From Paracoccaceae bacterium (GTDB lineage: Bacteria > Pseudomonadota > Alphaproteobacteria > Rhodobacterales > Rhodobacteraceae): a DNA stretch of 32,034 bases. How positions within the stretch are numbered: the first letter of the stretch is position 1; every line of letters starts with the position of its first letter. The notes beneath the pieces are model-generated. The model did not search any database and was not told the origin of the DNA. It saw only the letters and a program-made list of their open reading frames with translations. Below are positions 1 through 10,067 of this stretch, one piece after another. Made by a program: the position numbers and the translations under genes. The stretch is taken from positions 1 through 32,034 of the forward strand of contig WFQA01000123.1 in assembly GCA_015487255.1 (NCBI GenBank), written 5' to 3'.

Positions 1-1
1 C

Positions 2-787
2 TCAAGGCCCCAACCCGGGCTGCCCGATCTATCGCATCTCAAGATATTGCTGGCCGAGGATAACCCGACCAACCAGCTGGTCGCCACCCAGATGCTCAAA
101 AAAATGAATGCCCGCGTGGAGACCGCCGCTGACGGGGTGGAGGCGATGGCCTGTTTTGAGCGTGGCGATTATAACCTTGGCCTGATTGATATCGAAATGC
201 CGCGCAAATCCGGGCTGGAGGTTCTGCGCGAGATGCGCGCGCGGGGTGATGAAAAGGCCGGGATGACGCTTTTGGCCCTGACAGCCTATGTGCTGCCCGA
301 ACATCAGGAGCGGATAACCGCGGCCGGGGCGGATGGCATTATCGCCAAGCCGCTCACGGATATAGCCGCCTTTGGCAATGCGATTTTGGTTTATGCCGGC
401 GGGGGCGGGGCCACAGCCCCCAGCGCACCGCAACCCGGCAGCCCGGATGCGAATATCGACCTGAATATCTATAACGGCCTGAAAAAAATCATCGGCAAGG
501 ATTCGATGCTGGAGCTGCTGGGCAAGGTGCAAAGCGATTTGTCCGATGTGCAATCCGGCCTGCGTGATGGGGTCGAGGCCAGGGATACCGGTCCGGTCCG
601 GGCCAATACCCATATTCTGATCTCGGTGGCCGGGGCAATTGGCGCGGTGGGCCTGCAGCATATTGCCGAACGGCTGAATGCCACCGCCAAATCGGCTGAC
701 TGGGCAGATATCATGCCACAGGCCAAGCGTTGCCAGGCGGCGATTGCAGCGGTATTGGGCTTTGTTGCCCAAGAGCTGGAAAGCTGA
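2..787 (+). CDS. C-terminal part of a hybrid sensor histidine kinase: receiver (REC) domain followed by an HPt phosphotransfer domain. The 5' end lies outside the window.
   Basis: The frame is open from nt 2, with no stop before the listed ATG at 47. 'KILLAEDNPTNQ...LGLIDIEMPRKSG...IIAKPL' is a CheY-like receiver. C-terminal 'ANTHILISVAGAIGA' fits the HPt phospho-His helix. Confidence 0.8.
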   Translation, partial: SRPQPGLPDLSHLKILLAEDNPTNQLVATQMLKKMNARVETAADGVEAMACFERGDYNLGLIDIEMPRKSGLEVLREMRARGDEKAGMTLLALTAYVLPEHQERITAAGADGIIAKPLTDIAAFGNAILVYAGGGGATAPSAPQPGSPDANIDLNIYNGLKKIIGKDSMLELLGKVQSDLSDVQSGLRDGVEARDTGPVRANTHILISVAGAIGAVGLQHIAERLNATAKSADWADIMPQAKRCQAAIAAVLGFVAQELES

Positions 788-799
788 TAGAGGCCGGGT

Positions 800-2200
800 A
801 TGAATTTACCTCTGCTGCTTGTTGAAGATACCTCGTCACTGGCGATGGTTTACCGCACCGTGCTGGAAAAGGCCGGCAACAGGGTTGTGTCTTGTGATTC
901 GATCATGGCGGCGCGGGAGGCCATGGGCGAGCAGCGCTTCAGCGTGATTTTGCTGGACCTGACCCTGCCGGACGGGGACGGGATGGAGCTGATGGATGAT
1001 ATCCTGAAAGGTGGCGCCAAGGTGATCGTAATCACTGCCAATGGTTCGATCAACCGCGCCATAGAGGCGATGCGCGAAGGCGCGTTTGATTTTCTGGTCA
1101 AGCCGTTTGACGAAAAAAAGCTGCTTGGCGCGGTAAAAAATGCCCAGCAGGTGCAGGCGGCCAGCCCCGCCCCAAGCGCTGATACCCCGCACCGCGCCCC
1201 GCCGGATGCGCAGGGCGCGTTTTATGGTTTTCTGGGCAAATCCGCCAAAATGCAGCAGATCTACCAGATGATCAGCAATATCGGCCGCAGCTCGGCCACG
1301 GTATTCATCACCGGCGAAAGCGGCACCGGCAAGGAGGTGGCGGCCAAGGCTATTCACGCGATCTCATCCCGCGCCAAGGGGCCGTTTGTGCCGCTGAATT
1401 GCGGGGCGATTCCGGGTGATCTGCTCGAATCCGAGGTGTTTGGGCATCTGAAAGGCTCGTTTACCGGGGCGATTGCCAACAAGACCGGCGCGGCCGAAGC
1501 CGCTTCGGGCGGCACGTTGTTTCTTGACGAGATCTGCGAGATGGATCTGAGCCTGCAAACCAAGCTGCTGCGCTTTCTGGAGACCTCAAAAATCCAGCCG
1601 GTGGGGGCGGTGAGCGCCAAATCGGTTGATGTGCGCATTCTCTGCGCCACCAATCGCGACCCGCTGGATGAGGTCAGGGCCGGGCGGTTTCGCGAGGATC
1701 TTTATTATCGCCTGCATGTGGTGCCAATGCATATGCCCGCCCTGCGCGAGCGCGGCGAGGATATAACCCTGATCGCCGAGGCGGCCCTGCACCGTTTTGC
1801 CAATGAGGAGGGGCGGGAGTTTGAGCGGCTTTCACCCGAGGTGAAGCGGATATTTGCCCGCTATGAATGGCCCGGCAATGTGCGGCAACTGCTTAATGTG
1901 TTGCGCAATGTGGTGGTGCTGCATAACGGGCTGCACGTGTTGCCCGAAATGCTGCCCGCCGATCTGATGGATGCCGCGCCAAGTGCGCCGCCAGAGCCGG
2001 GGCCAGAGCCGGGGCCGCAATCCCCCCCCGATGATTTTGGCGCTTTTGTTGGCCTGACCCTGGCGCAATTCGAGCGCAGCTTTGTTGAGGCGACGATCAA
2101 GGAGTGCAACGGTTCGGTGCCCGAAGCGGCGCGCATGCTCGGGGTGTCGCCCTCGACACTTTACCGCAAGCGCGAAGGCTGGAAAAAAGCCGCCTCCTGA
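800..2200 (+). CDS. luxO: Sigma54-dependent response regulator (REC + AAA+ + Fis-type HTH), LuxO-like
   Basis: REC 'VILLDLTLPDGDG'; Walker A 'GESGTGKE'; sigma54-contact loop 'GSFTGA'; long collinear matches to Vibrio LuxO as recalled ('GGTLFLDEICEMDLSLQTKLLRF', 'CATNRDP', 'GRFREDLYYRL', 'YEWPGNVRQLLNVLRNVVVL'); C-terminal HTH 'AARMLGVSPSTLYRK'. Confidence 0.8.
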   Translation: MNLPLLLVEDTSSLAMVYRTVLEKAGNRVVSCDSIMAAREAMGEQRFSVILLDLTLPDGDGMELMDDILKGGAKVIVITANGSINRAIEAMREGAFDFLVKPFDEKKLLGAVKNAQQVQAASPAPSADTPHRAPPDAQGAFYGFLGKSAKMQQIYQMISNIGRSSATVFITGESGTGKEVAAKAIHAISSRAKGPFVPLNCGAIPGDLLESEVFGHLKGSFTGAIANKTGAAEAASGGTLFLDEICEMDLSLQTKLLRFLETSKIQPVGAVSAKSVDVRILCATNRDPLDEVRAGRFREDLYYRLHVVPMHMPALRERGEDITLIAEAALHRFANEEGREFERLSPEVKRIFARYEWPGNVRQLLNVLRNVVVLHNGLHVLPEMLPADLMDAAPSAPPEPGPEPGPQSPPDDFGAFVGLTLAQFERSFVEATIKECNGSVPEAARMLGVSPSTLYRKREGWKKAAS

Positions 2201-2203
2201 GGC

Positions 2204-2233
2204 TTGCAAATCGGGTATTTTTGACTGCATAAT
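2204..2233 (+). promoter_or_regulatory. Possible sigma70-type promoter of the cdd operon (TTGCAA-N18-CATAAT)
   Basis: Read directly in the 44-bp gap after the luxO-like stop. Spacing and the -35 match are imperfect. Confidence 0.3.
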
Positions 2234-2259
2234 CAATTTTTGCCATGCAGGATCAGCCC

Positions 2260-2661
2260 ATGCCCGTATTCCTGATAGATGAAGCCCGCCGGGTGTTTGA
2301 AAACGCCCATGCGCCCTATAGCAATTTCAGGGTTGGCGCGGCGCTGCGCTGCAAAAGCGGCGCGGTGTTTGCCGGGTGCAATGTGGAGAATGTGGCTTAC
2401 CCCGAAGGCACCTGCGCCGAGGCCGGGGCGATTGCCGCCATGGTGGCCGCCGGGCAGGGAGAAATCGCCGAGATACTGGTGCTGGCCGATAGCGCGGTGC
2501 CGGTCACGCCCTGTGGCGGCTGCCGGCAGAAGATCGCGGAATTCGGCACGCCTGAAACCGTGATCATTCTGGCCAACCCAAGCGGCGAAGTCGGCCGCAC
2601 CACTTTGGGCGCATTATTGCCCGGTTCGTTCACCCCGGCGCATCTGGCAGGAAAAAGCTGA
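2260..2661 (+). CDS. cdd: Cytidine deaminase (small homotetrameric type)
   Basis: '[12 protein letters not shown]', 'CAEAGAI', '[12 protein letters not shown]' zinc-ligand motifs. AGGA lies 8 nt upstream of ATG 2260; the ORF track start at 2245 is an alternative. The stop overlaps the deoA ATG (TGATG). Confidence 0.85.
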   Translation: MPVFLIDEARRVFENAHAPYSNFRVGAALRCKSGAVFAGCNVENVAYPEGTCAEAGAIAAMVAAGQGEIAEILVLADSAVPVTPCGGCRQKIAEFGTPETVIILANPSGEVGRTTLGALLPGSFTPAHLAGKS

Positions 2662-3968
2662 TGCTGGCGCAGGAGGTTATCGCCGCCAAGCGCGATGGCA
2701 GGGCGCTGAGCCGGGATGAGATCGAATTTTTTATCCGGGGGCTGACCGATGGCACGGTTTCCGGCGAGCAGGCGGCGGCTTTTGCCATGGCAGTTTATTT
2801 CCAAAAGATGGAACTGGGCGAGCGGGTGATGCTGACCGAAGCCATGCGCGACAGCGGCGATGTGCTGCGCTGGGATCTGCCCGGCCCGGTGCTTGATAAG
2901 CATTCGACCGGCGGCGTGGGAGATAATATCTCGCTGATGCTGGCCCCGGCGCTGGCGGTTTGCGGGGCCTATGTGCCGATGATCTCGGGGCGCGGGCTGG
3001 GGCATACCGGCGGCACGCTGGATAAATTCGACGCGATTCCGGGCTATGAAACCCAGCCGGATGTGGCGACCCTGCGCAGGGTTACCCGCGCGGTGGGCTG
3101 TGCGATTATCGGCCAGACCGGCGCGGTGGCCCCGGCAGACAAGCGGCTTTACAGTATACGCGATGTGACCGCGACGGTGGAATCGGTTGATCTGATCACC
3201 GCGTCGATCCTGTCCAAAAAGCTGGCGGCGGGGCTGGAGGGGCTGGTGCTGGATGTAAAATGCGGCTCGGGGGCGTTTATGGACAGCCTGCCAAAAGCGC
3301 GGGAGCTGGCCGAAAGCCTGGTGCGGGTGGGCAATGATGCCGGTTGTGCCACCAGCGCCCTGATCACCGATATGAACGAGCCGCTGGCCCGCGCGGCGGG
3401 CAACGCGCTTGAGATGCAAAACGCAGTCGATTTTCTGACCGGCCGCGAGATAGACAGCCGCCTGTGGGATGTGACCATCGCACTGGGGGCGGAGCTTTTG
3501 GCCAATGCTGGGCTGGCTTCAGGCGGGGAAGCCGGGATGGAAATGATGCGCGCGGCGCTGCAATCGGGCCGGGCGGCGGAGCGGTTTGGCCAAATGGTGG
3601 CCGCGCTTGGCGGGCCGGCGGATTTTGTCGAAAAGGCTGAAAGCCACCTTGAAAAGGCGCCATTGGTGGAAGAGGTTTACGTGGTTGAATCCGGTTTTGT
3701 GCAAGCGATAGACACCCGCGCCGTTGGCATGGCCGTGGTGGCGCTGGGCGGTGGGCGGCGCAAATCGAGCGACCCGATCGACTATGCCGTGGGGCTGGAT
3801 TGGCTGGCCGGGCTTGGCCAGCATGTGGATAATGAGCAGCCGATTGCCCGGCTGCATGGGCGCGATAAAGCCGCGCTGGCAGAGGCGAAGCGACGGGTGG
3901 TTGCCGCTTATGAAATCGGCGATACCGCCCCGCCGGAAACCCCGCTGATTATCGAGAGGATAGGTTGA
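2661..3968 (+). CDS. deoA: Thymidine (pyrimidine-nucleoside) phosphorylase
   Basis: 435 aa; '[10 protein letters not shown]', '[14 protein letters not shown]', 'SIRDVTATV', 'ILSKKLA' motifs typical of DeoA. Confidence 0.9.
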   Translation: MLAQEVIAAKRDGRALSRDEIEFFIRGLTDGTVSGEQAAAFAMAVYFQKMELGERVMLTEAMRDSGDVLRWDLPGPVLDKHSTGGVGDNISLMLAPALAVCGAYVPMISGRGLGHTGGTLDKFDAIPGYETQPDVATLRRVTRAVGCAIIGQTGAVAPADKRLYSIRDVTATVESVDLITASILSKKLAAGLEGLVLDVKCGSGAFMDSLPKARELAESLVRVGNDAGCATSALITDMNEPLARAAGNALEMQNAVDFLTGREIDSRLWDVTIALGAELLANAGLASGGEAGMEMMRAALQSGRAAERFGQMVAALGGPADFVEKAESHLEKAPLVEEVYVVESGFVQAIDTRAVGMAVVALGGGRRKSSDPIDYAVGLDWLAGLGQHVDNEQPIARLHGRDKAALAEAKRRVVAAYEIGDTAPPETPLIIERIG

Positions 3969-5164
3969 TGGCGCGGGCATTTTTGCTGATCATGGATTCG
4001 GTGGGCATAGGGGGGGCGCGTGATGCGGCGAAGTTTGGCGATGAGGGGGCCAACACGCTGGGCCATATCGCGGCTGAATGCGCCGCCGGACGGGCGGATA
4101 TTGGCCGCGAAGGGGTGTTGCATCTGCCCAATCTAGATGCGCTCGGCCTTGGCGCGGCAGCGCGCGAGGCCTGCGGGGCATTGCCCATCGGGCTGGCTGG
4201 CAAGGCGGGGCATTACGCTGTGGCCAACGAGGTTTCAAACGGCAAGGATACCCCGACCGGCCACTGGGAGCTGGCAGGCGTGCCGGTGCCGTTTGACTGG
4301 CATTATTTTCCCGATACCGAGCCGTGCTTCCCGCCGGATAAGATCGCTGAATTCATCAAGCGCGCGGGCCTGCCGGGGATATTGGGAGACAAGCACGCCT
4401 CGGGCACGGTGATCATTGACGAGCTTGGGCAAGAGCATATGCGAAGCGGCAAGCCGATTTGTTATACCTCTGCCGACAGTGTTTTTCAGATCGCCGCTCA
4501 TGAGGAGAGTTTTGGCCTGGAGCGGTTGTTGGAAATCTGCCGGATCGCGGCGGAGATTTTCCATCCGATGATGGTGGGCCGAGTGATTGCGCGGCCTTTC
4601 ACCGGCACGCCGGGGGGTTTTCAGCGCACGCCCAACCGGCGCGATTATGCCATTGCCCCGCCAGAGCCAACGCTCTGTGACCGGGTGGTTGCGGCTGGCG
4701 GGCGGGTGCTGGCAGTGGGCAAAATAGGCGATATTTTTGCCCATCGGGGGATATCCGAGGTTTTCAAGGGCCGTGACGACATGGCGCTGGTTGATCACAC
4801 CGTGGCCCTGATGGGGCAAGCGCGGGATGGGGACCTGGTTTTTGCCAATTATGTGGAGTTTGACAGCCTCTATGGCCACCGGCGCGATGTGGCGGGCTAC
4901 GCGCGGCATCTGGAGGCGTTTGACGCCCGTCTGCCGGAGCTATTATCGGGCCTGCGGATGGGGGACCTGTTGATGATTTCAGCCGATCATGGCAATGACC
5001 CGACATGGCCCGGCACCGAGCACACCCGCGAGCGGGTGATGGTGCTGATCGCGGGCATCGGCGGGGCGGGCAGCCTTGGGCAGGTTGGCTTTGTTGATGT
5101 GGGCGAGACGATTGCGGCGCATCTGGGGCTGGCCCCCGGCAGATACGGAAAGAGCTTTTTATGA
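3968..5164 (+). CDS. deoB: Phosphopentomutase
   Basis: '[16 protein letters not shown]', '[10 protein letters not shown]', '[12 protein letters not shown]', 'SADHGNDPT' motifs. The ATG shares a base with the deoA TGA; TTG 3965 is an alternative start. Confidence 0.9.
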   Translation: MARAFLLIMDSVGIGGARDAAKFGDEGANTLGHIAAECAAGRADIGREGVLHLPNLDALGLGAAAREACGALPIGLAGKAGHYAVANEVSNGKDTPTGHWELAGVPVPFDWHYFPDTEPCFPPDKIAEFIKRAGLPGILGDKHASGTVIIDELGQEHMRSGKPICYTSADSVFQIAAHEESFGLERLLEICRIAAEIFHPMMVGRVIARPFTGTPGGFQRTPNRRDYAIAPPEPTLCDRVVAAGGRVLAVGKIGDIFAHRGISEVFKGRDDMALVDHTVALMGQARDGDLVFANYVEFDSLYGHRRDVAGYARHLEAFDARLPELLSGLRMGDLLMISADHGNDPTWPGTEHTRERVMVLIAGIGGAGSLGQVGFVDVGETIAAHLGLAPGRYGKSFL

Positions 5165-6135
5165 ATTTCAGCGAGATACCGAAAACCGAATTGCACCTGC
5201 ATCTTGAAGGTGCGGCCCCGCCGGATTTCATCCGGCGCCTGGCGGCGGAAAAGGGCGTTGGCATGGACGGGGTTTTTGATGCGGACGGCGCTTATGTCTG
5301 GTCGGATTTCGTGGAATTTCTGCGCACCTATGAGCGCGCCTGCGAGGTGCTGAAAACCCCGGAGGATTTTGGGCGGTTGGTAAGTGCGGTGCTGAAAGAG
5401 CAGATGGTGCACGGGGTGATTTATACCGAGATGTTCCTCGCCCCGGATTTTTGCGGCGGGGGTGACCTTGTGGCGTGGAAGGAATATCTGGCGGCGATGA
5501 GCGAGGCGGCCGAGGCCAGTGCGGTGGAGGTGCGCTTCATCCCGACCTGTGTGCGCCATTTTGGCCCCGAGCAGGCGCGGGTGAGCGCAAGGCTGAGTGC
5601 GGAAACCGCCGGCGGGCTGGTGACGGGCTTTGGCATGGGCGGGGATGAAAGCGCCCATAGCGCGGCGGATTTCGCTTATGCGTTTGACATGGCCCGCGAG
5701 GCCGGGCTGGGGCTGACCAGCCATGCCGGAGAGGTTGAGGGGCCAAGCTCGGTTGTGGAAACGATGGATGCGTTAAAGGTGAGCCGGATCGGCCACGGGG
5801 TGCGCTCGATTGAGGACCCGGCGCTGGTTCGGCGCCTGGCTGATGAGGGTGTGGTGCTGGAGGTTTGCCCCGGTTCCAACATCGCGCTGGGGATATTTAC
5901 TGATTACAAGGCGCACCCGATTGCAGCATTGCGTGATGCCGGGGTTTTGCTGACGGTTTCCACCGATGACCCACCCTATTTCCATACCGATATGAGCGCT
6001 GAATATCGTGGGCTGCATGCGGCGCTGGGCTGGAAGCGGGATGATTTTGATGCGATAAACCGGGCTGCTATGAATGCCGCCTTTTGTGATGAAGATACAA
6101 AGGCCAGAATGCTGGCCAGATTTAACGGAGCTTGA
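5161..6135 (+). CDS. add: Adenosine deaminase
   Basis: '[11 protein letters not shown]', 'SHAGE', 'RIGHG', '[10 protein letters not shown]' metal-binding and catalytic motifs. ATGA overlap with the deoB stop. Confidence 0.9.
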   Translation: MNFSEIPKTELHLHLEGAAPPDFIRRLAAEKGVGMDGVFDADGAYVWSDFVEFLRTYERACEVLKTPEDFGRLVSAVLKEQMVHGVIYTEMFLAPDFCGGGDLVAWKEYLAAMSEAAEASAVEVRFIPTCVRHFGPEQARVSARLSAETAGGLVTGFGMGGDESAHSAADFAYAFDMAREAGLGLTSHAGEVEGPSSVVETMDALKVSRIGHGVRSIEDPALVRRLADEGVVLEVCPGSNIALGIFTDYKAHPIAALRDAGVLLTVSTDDPPYFHTDMSAEYRGLHAALGWKRDDFDAINRAAMNAAFCDEDTKARMLARFNGA

Positions 6136-6136
6136 G

Positions 6137-6766
6137 ATGAACCATTTTACCCTCGTCAACCACCCTTTGGTGCAACATAAACTCACCAAGATGCGGGATA
6201 AAACCTGCTCCACTGCGGTGTTTCGCCAGCTTTTGCGGGAGATCAGCCACCTGCTCGCCTATGAGGCTACGCGCGACCTGCCGATGACCATGACCACGGT
6301 GGAAACACCGCTGGAGGAGATGGAAGCCCCGGTTCTAAAAGGGAAAAAGCTGGCGCTGATCTCCATTTTGCGCGCAGGGAACGGGCTGCTTGACGGGGTG
6401 TTGGAACTGATCCCCTCGGCCCGGGTGGGGTTTGTGGGCTTGTATCGGGATGAGGCGACGCTGAAGCCGGTGCAATATTATTTCAAGGTGCCAAAGGAGA
6501 TGGACGAGCGGGTGGTGATCGCGGTGGACCCGATGCTGGCGACGGGCAATTCGTCGGTAGCGGCGATTGATTTACTGAAGGAATCCGGCGCAAAGGACAT
6601 CCGGTTCATGTGCTTGCTGGCGGCACCTGAAGGGGTGGAGCGGATGAAGGAGGCGCACCCGGATGTGCCTATTATTTCTGCGGCGCTGGACCGGCAATTG
6701 AGTGACATCGGTTATATCCTGCCGGGGCTTGGTGATGCGGGTGACCGGATGTTTGGCACGAAATAG
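6137..6766 (+). CDS. upp: Uracil phosphoribosyltransferase
   Basis: '[13 protein letters not shown]', 'ILRAGNGL', '[10 protein letters not shown]', '[16 protein letters not shown]'. The internal ATG at 6137 gives the usual length of about 209 aa; the upstream extension in the track overlaps add. Confidence 0.92.
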   Translation: MNHFTLVNHPLVQHKLTKMRDKTCSTAVFRQLLREISHLLAYEATRDLPMTMTTVETPLEEMEAPVLKGKKLALISILRAGNGLLDGVLELIPSARVGFVGLYRDEATLKPVQYYFKVPKEMDERVVIAVDPMLATGNSSVAAIDLLKESGAKDIRFMCLLAAPEGVERMKEAHPDVPIISAALDRQLSDIGYILPGLGDAGDRMFGTK

Positions 6767-6775
6767 CAACGGGAG

Positions 6776-6927
6776 CCGCCGAGCGTAAGCTCGGCCACCG
6801 GCGTCGCCAGACACTGTTCAGCTTTGCTGATAAAGTGCCTTTTTCGAGTGGGGCTTTAGCCCCGCAGAGGAAAAGGCAAGCTTGCCGGAATGTCAGGGTA
6901 TTTTACTGCAGCGCCACCGCGCGCGCC
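6776..6927 (+). repeat. Intergenic mosaic repeat, subtype 1, copy A
   Basis: About 150 bp, near-identical to 13800-13950 (shared 'gtcgccagacactgttcagctttgctgataaagtgcc...gcagaggaaaaggcaagcttgccgg...ttactgcagcgcc'). Starts with the GNRA-loop hairpin gccgagc-gtaa-gctcggc (6778-6795). Lies between convergent upp and uraD. Confidence 0.85.
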
Positions 6928-6990
6928 TCCTTCGGCGACCCTTCGGGCCACCTCGTCGGCGCGTGCGTGCAAAAAGCACGACGGGGATGA

Positions 6991-7476
6991 TTAACCGTTC
7001 AATAGGGCTTTCAGGCGCAGATTTGCGATTTGGTGGACCTGATCGAGTGCCTCGCGAAACTCAATCTCCGGAGAATTTTCCACCCGCGCACGGAAATTTT
7101 CCAGAATCTCGTGGCGCTTCCGACCGCGCACAGCCAAAATATAGGGAAAGCCAAACCGGGATTTGTAGTGCTGGTTGAGCGTGGTGAATTCCTCAAACTC
7201 CGCTTCGGTGCATTGGTCCAGCCCGGCGCTGGCTTGTTCGGATGTGCTCTCGGCCGTCAGCACGCCGGATTTGGCCAGCTTGCCTGCAAGGTCGGGGTGG
7301 GCGCGGAGCAGGGCGAGTTGGGCCTCGGCCCCCGCTTTCTCAACGATTTTACGCATCACGTCGGGCAGGTCTTGCGGTGCGGGCGGCTCCATATCAAAGG
7401 CTTTTTCGGCCACCCACGGGCTATGCTCATAGACCCCGCCGAAGCGCTCAACATAGGCGCGTTTGTTATGTATCAT
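6991..7476 (-). CDS. uraD: 2-oxo-4-hydroxy-4-carboxy-5-ureidoimidazoline (OHCU) decarboxylase
   Basis: 161 aa; 'FGGVYEHSPWVAEKAF', 'LRAHPDLAGK', 'SEQASAGL', 'YKSRFGFPYILAVRG' typical of OHCU decarboxylase. Confidence 0.85.
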   Translation of the reverse strand: MIHNKRAYVERFGGVYEHSPWVAEKAFDMEPPAPQDLPDVMRKIVEKAGAEAQLALLRAHPDLAGKLAKSGVLTAESTSEQASAGLDQCTEAEFEEFTTLNQHYKSRFGFPYILAVRGRKRHEILENFRARVENSPEIEFREALDQVHQIANLRLKALLNG

Positions 7477-7545
7477 GCCATCTCCAGATTTTGCTTTCCG
7501 TTTATAATTTGACCGTCTAGTCTAGAAAAAAACAAGAGGAAAATC

Positions 7546-8733
7546 ATGGCAAGCATTTTGCAAGAATGGATCAGCCTGTTTGTGCGCTGGGCGCATATCA
7601 TTTCCGCCATCGGCTGGATCGGCTCGTCGTTTTATTTCATGTGGCTCGATAGCAGCCTTAAAAAGCGCAAAGGGCTGCCCGAGGGGGCCAAGGGGGATAG
7701 CTGGGCCGTGCATGGCGGCGGGTTTTATCATGTGGTCAAATACCAGATCGCGCCTGATGAAATGCCCGAGGCGCTGAAATGGTTCAAGTGGGAGAGCTAT
7801 GCCACATGGCTGACCGGCTTTGCTATGGTTGTGGTGGTGTATTACTGGGGGGCCAATGGGCTGTTGATCGACCGCGAGGTGGCCGACCTGAGCGTAGCTC
7901 AGGCGATTTCGATCTCGGTTGGCTCGTTGATCGCGGCCTGGTTTTTTTATGACTGGCTGTGCAAATCGCCGCTCAAATCCCGCCCGGTGCTGGTATTTGC
8001 CGTATTGTTTGTGGCGATCGTGGCGGCAAGCTGGGGCTTTCAGCAGGTGTTTTCGCCGCGTGCGGCCTGGCTGCATACCGGGGCGATCATTGCCACGATG
8101 ATGACCGGCAATGTGTTTTTTATCATCATCCCCAACACCAAGATCGTGGTGGCTGATCTGAAAGCCGGGCGCACGCCCGACGGTAAATATGGCGAGATCG
8201 CCAAGCTGCGCTCGACCCATAACAATTACCTGACCCTGCCGGTTATTCTGATGATGATCTCCAACCATTACCCGATGCTTTACAGCCACCCCTATGCCTG
8301 GGTGATGGTGGCAATGGTGCTGGTGATCGGCGCGGTGGTGCGGATTTTTTATAATATGCACGAGGCGGGGATGACGGGGTTTTCGGTGCGCTGGCAATGG
8401 CCGGTGGTGGCGCTGTTTGCCATTGGCATGATTGTGTTTTCCACCTGGCGCCCCGATCAGCGCGCGGTGGATTTCACCCCGGCGGTGGCGATGGAGATCG
8501 TGGCTGTCAACTGCGCAATCTGCCATTCCGCCACCCCGACAAACGAGTTTTTCGATACCGCGCCGGGCGGGATAAAATTTGACACACTGGAGCAGATCCG
8601 CAGTTTCTCCAGCCAGATTATCGCGCAGGCGGTGCTTTCAAACATGATGCCGCTGGGCAATGAAACCGGCATGACCATCGATCAGCGCGAAGAGCTTGGC
8701 TCGTGGCTGCGCGCCGGTGCGCCGGCTGAATAA
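7546..8733 (+). CDS. puuD: Membrane-bound urate hydroxylase PuuD (polytopic membrane domain + C-terminal cytochrome c domain)
   Basis: N-terminus 'WISLFVRWAHIISAIGWIGSSFYFMWLD', multiple TM helices, and a C-terminal CxxCH heme motif 'CAICHS'. Divergent from uraD. Confidence 0.8.
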   Translation: MASILQEWISLFVRWAHIISAIGWIGSSFYFMWLDSSLKKRKGLPEGAKGDSWAVHGGGFYHVVKYQIAPDEMPEALKWFKWESYATWLTGFAMVVVVYYWGANGLLIDREVADLSVAQAISISVGSLIAAWFFYDWLCKSPLKSRPVLVFAVLFVAIVAASWGFQQVFSPRAAWLHTGAIIATMMTGNVFFIIIPNTKIVVADLKAGRTPDGKYGEIAKLRSTHNNYLTLPVILMMISNHYPMLYSHPYAWVMVAMVLVIGAVVRIFYNMHEAGMTGFSVRWQWPVVALFAIGMIVFSTWRPDQRAVDFTPAVAMEIVAVNCAICHSATPTNEFFDTAPGGIKFDTLEQIRSFSSQIIAQAVLSNMMPLGNETGMTIDQREELGSWLRAGAPAE

Positions 8734-10067
8734 TGCCTTCGCTATTGGTCAAAAACGCGGATGTTTTGGTGACCATGGACCAGGCGCGCCGAGAGATCAA
8801 AGGCGGGTGCCTGTTGATCGAGGATGGGGTGATCACCAGTGTTGGCCCGAAAGCTGAGGCGGACGAGACCCTTGATGCCAGCGGCTGTGTTGTCACGCCG
8901 GGCTTCATCAACACCCACCACCATCTGTTTCAGAGCCTGACAAGGGTGGTGCCCGGCGGGCAGGATGCGCTGCTGTTTGGCTGGCTCAAAACCCTTTATC
9001 CGATCTGGGCGCGCATGGGGCCGCAGCATATGAAGATATCGGCCCAGATCGGACTGGCGGAATTGGCGCTTTCGGGCTGTAGCATGTCGTCTGACCATCT
9101 TTACCTTTACCCCAACGGGGTGCGGCTGGAAGATACGATTGAAGCGGCCATGAGCCTCGGGCTGCGCTTTCACCCGACCCGCGGCTCGATGAGCATTGGT
9201 GAAAGCGCCGGTGGTTTGCCGCCGGATGCGCTGGTGGAGGATGAGGCGGATATTCTGGAGGATTCGATCCGGCTGATAGATAGCTGGCATGACGGGCGTG
9301 AAGGCGCGATGCTGCGCATTGGGCTGGCCCCTTGCTCGCCGTTTTCCGTCAGCCGCGAGCTGATGCGGGACACAGCGCTTTTGGCGCGCGATAAAGGGGT
9401 GATGCTGCACACCCATCTGGCGGAAAACGACGAGGATATAGCTTATAGTCTTGAGAGGTTCGGCTGCCGCCCCGGTGAATATGCCCGCGATCTGGGCTGG
9501 GTGGGGGAGGATGTGTGGCATGCCCATTGTGTGAAGCTTGATGCCGCCGAGATTGATCTTTTTGCCGCAACCGGCACCGGGGTGGCGCATTGCCCGTGCT
9601 CGAATTGTCGGCTTGGTTCGGGCATTGCCCCGGTGCGGATGATGCGGGATGCCGGGGTGAGGGTTGGGCTTGGGGTTGATGGTTCGGCCAGCAATGACGC
9701 TGGCGATATCATGGCCGAGGCGCGCCAGATGATGCTGTTGCAAAGGGTGCAGAACGGCGCGGATGCCTTTAGCGCCCGCGCGGCGCTGGAGGTGGCGACG
9801 CTGGGCGGTGCGGCTGTGCTGGGCCGTGATGATTGCGGCGCGCTTGAGGTCGGCAAACGGGCGGATTTTGCGGTGTGGGATGTAACAACCCTTGCCAATG
9901 CCGGTGCGTGGGATCCGGTGGCGGCGCTGGTGCTTTGCGGCCCGCAACGGGTGCGTGAGCTTTATGTGGAAGGCCGCGCGGTGGTGCGCGAAGGGCAGAT
10001 CGAAAGGCTTGATATGCCACGGGTTGCCGAGCGGGCCAGAGGGCTGGCCACCGCTTTGATGGGGTGA
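8733..10067 (+). CDS. Amidohydrolase of the 8-oxoguanine deaminase / guanine-deaminase-like family
   Basis: 'TPGFINTHHHLFQSLTR', 'HTHLAEN', 'GLGVDGSASND' metal-ligand pattern. TAATG overlap with the puuD stop. Confidence 0.7.
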   Translation: MPSLLVKNADVLVTMDQARREIKGGCLLIEDGVITSVGPKAEADETLDASGCVVTPGFINTHHHLFQSLTRVVPGGQDALLFGWLKTLYPIWARMGPQHMKISAQIGLAELALSGCSMSSDHLYLYPNGVRLEDTIEAAMSLGLRFHPTRGSMSIGESAGGLPPDALVEDEADILEDSIRLIDSWHDGREGAMLRIGLAPCSPFSVSRELMRDTALLARDKGVMLHTHLAENDEDIAYSLERFGCRPGEYARDLGWVGEDVWHAHCVKLDAAEIDLFAATGTGVAHCPCSNCRLGSGIAPVRMMRDAGVRVGLGVDGSASNDAGDIMAEARQMMLLQRVQNGADAFSARAALEVATLGGAAVLGRDDCGALEVGKRADFAVWDVTTLANAGAWDPVAALVLCGPQRVRELYVEGRAVVREGQIERLDMPRVAERARGLATALMG

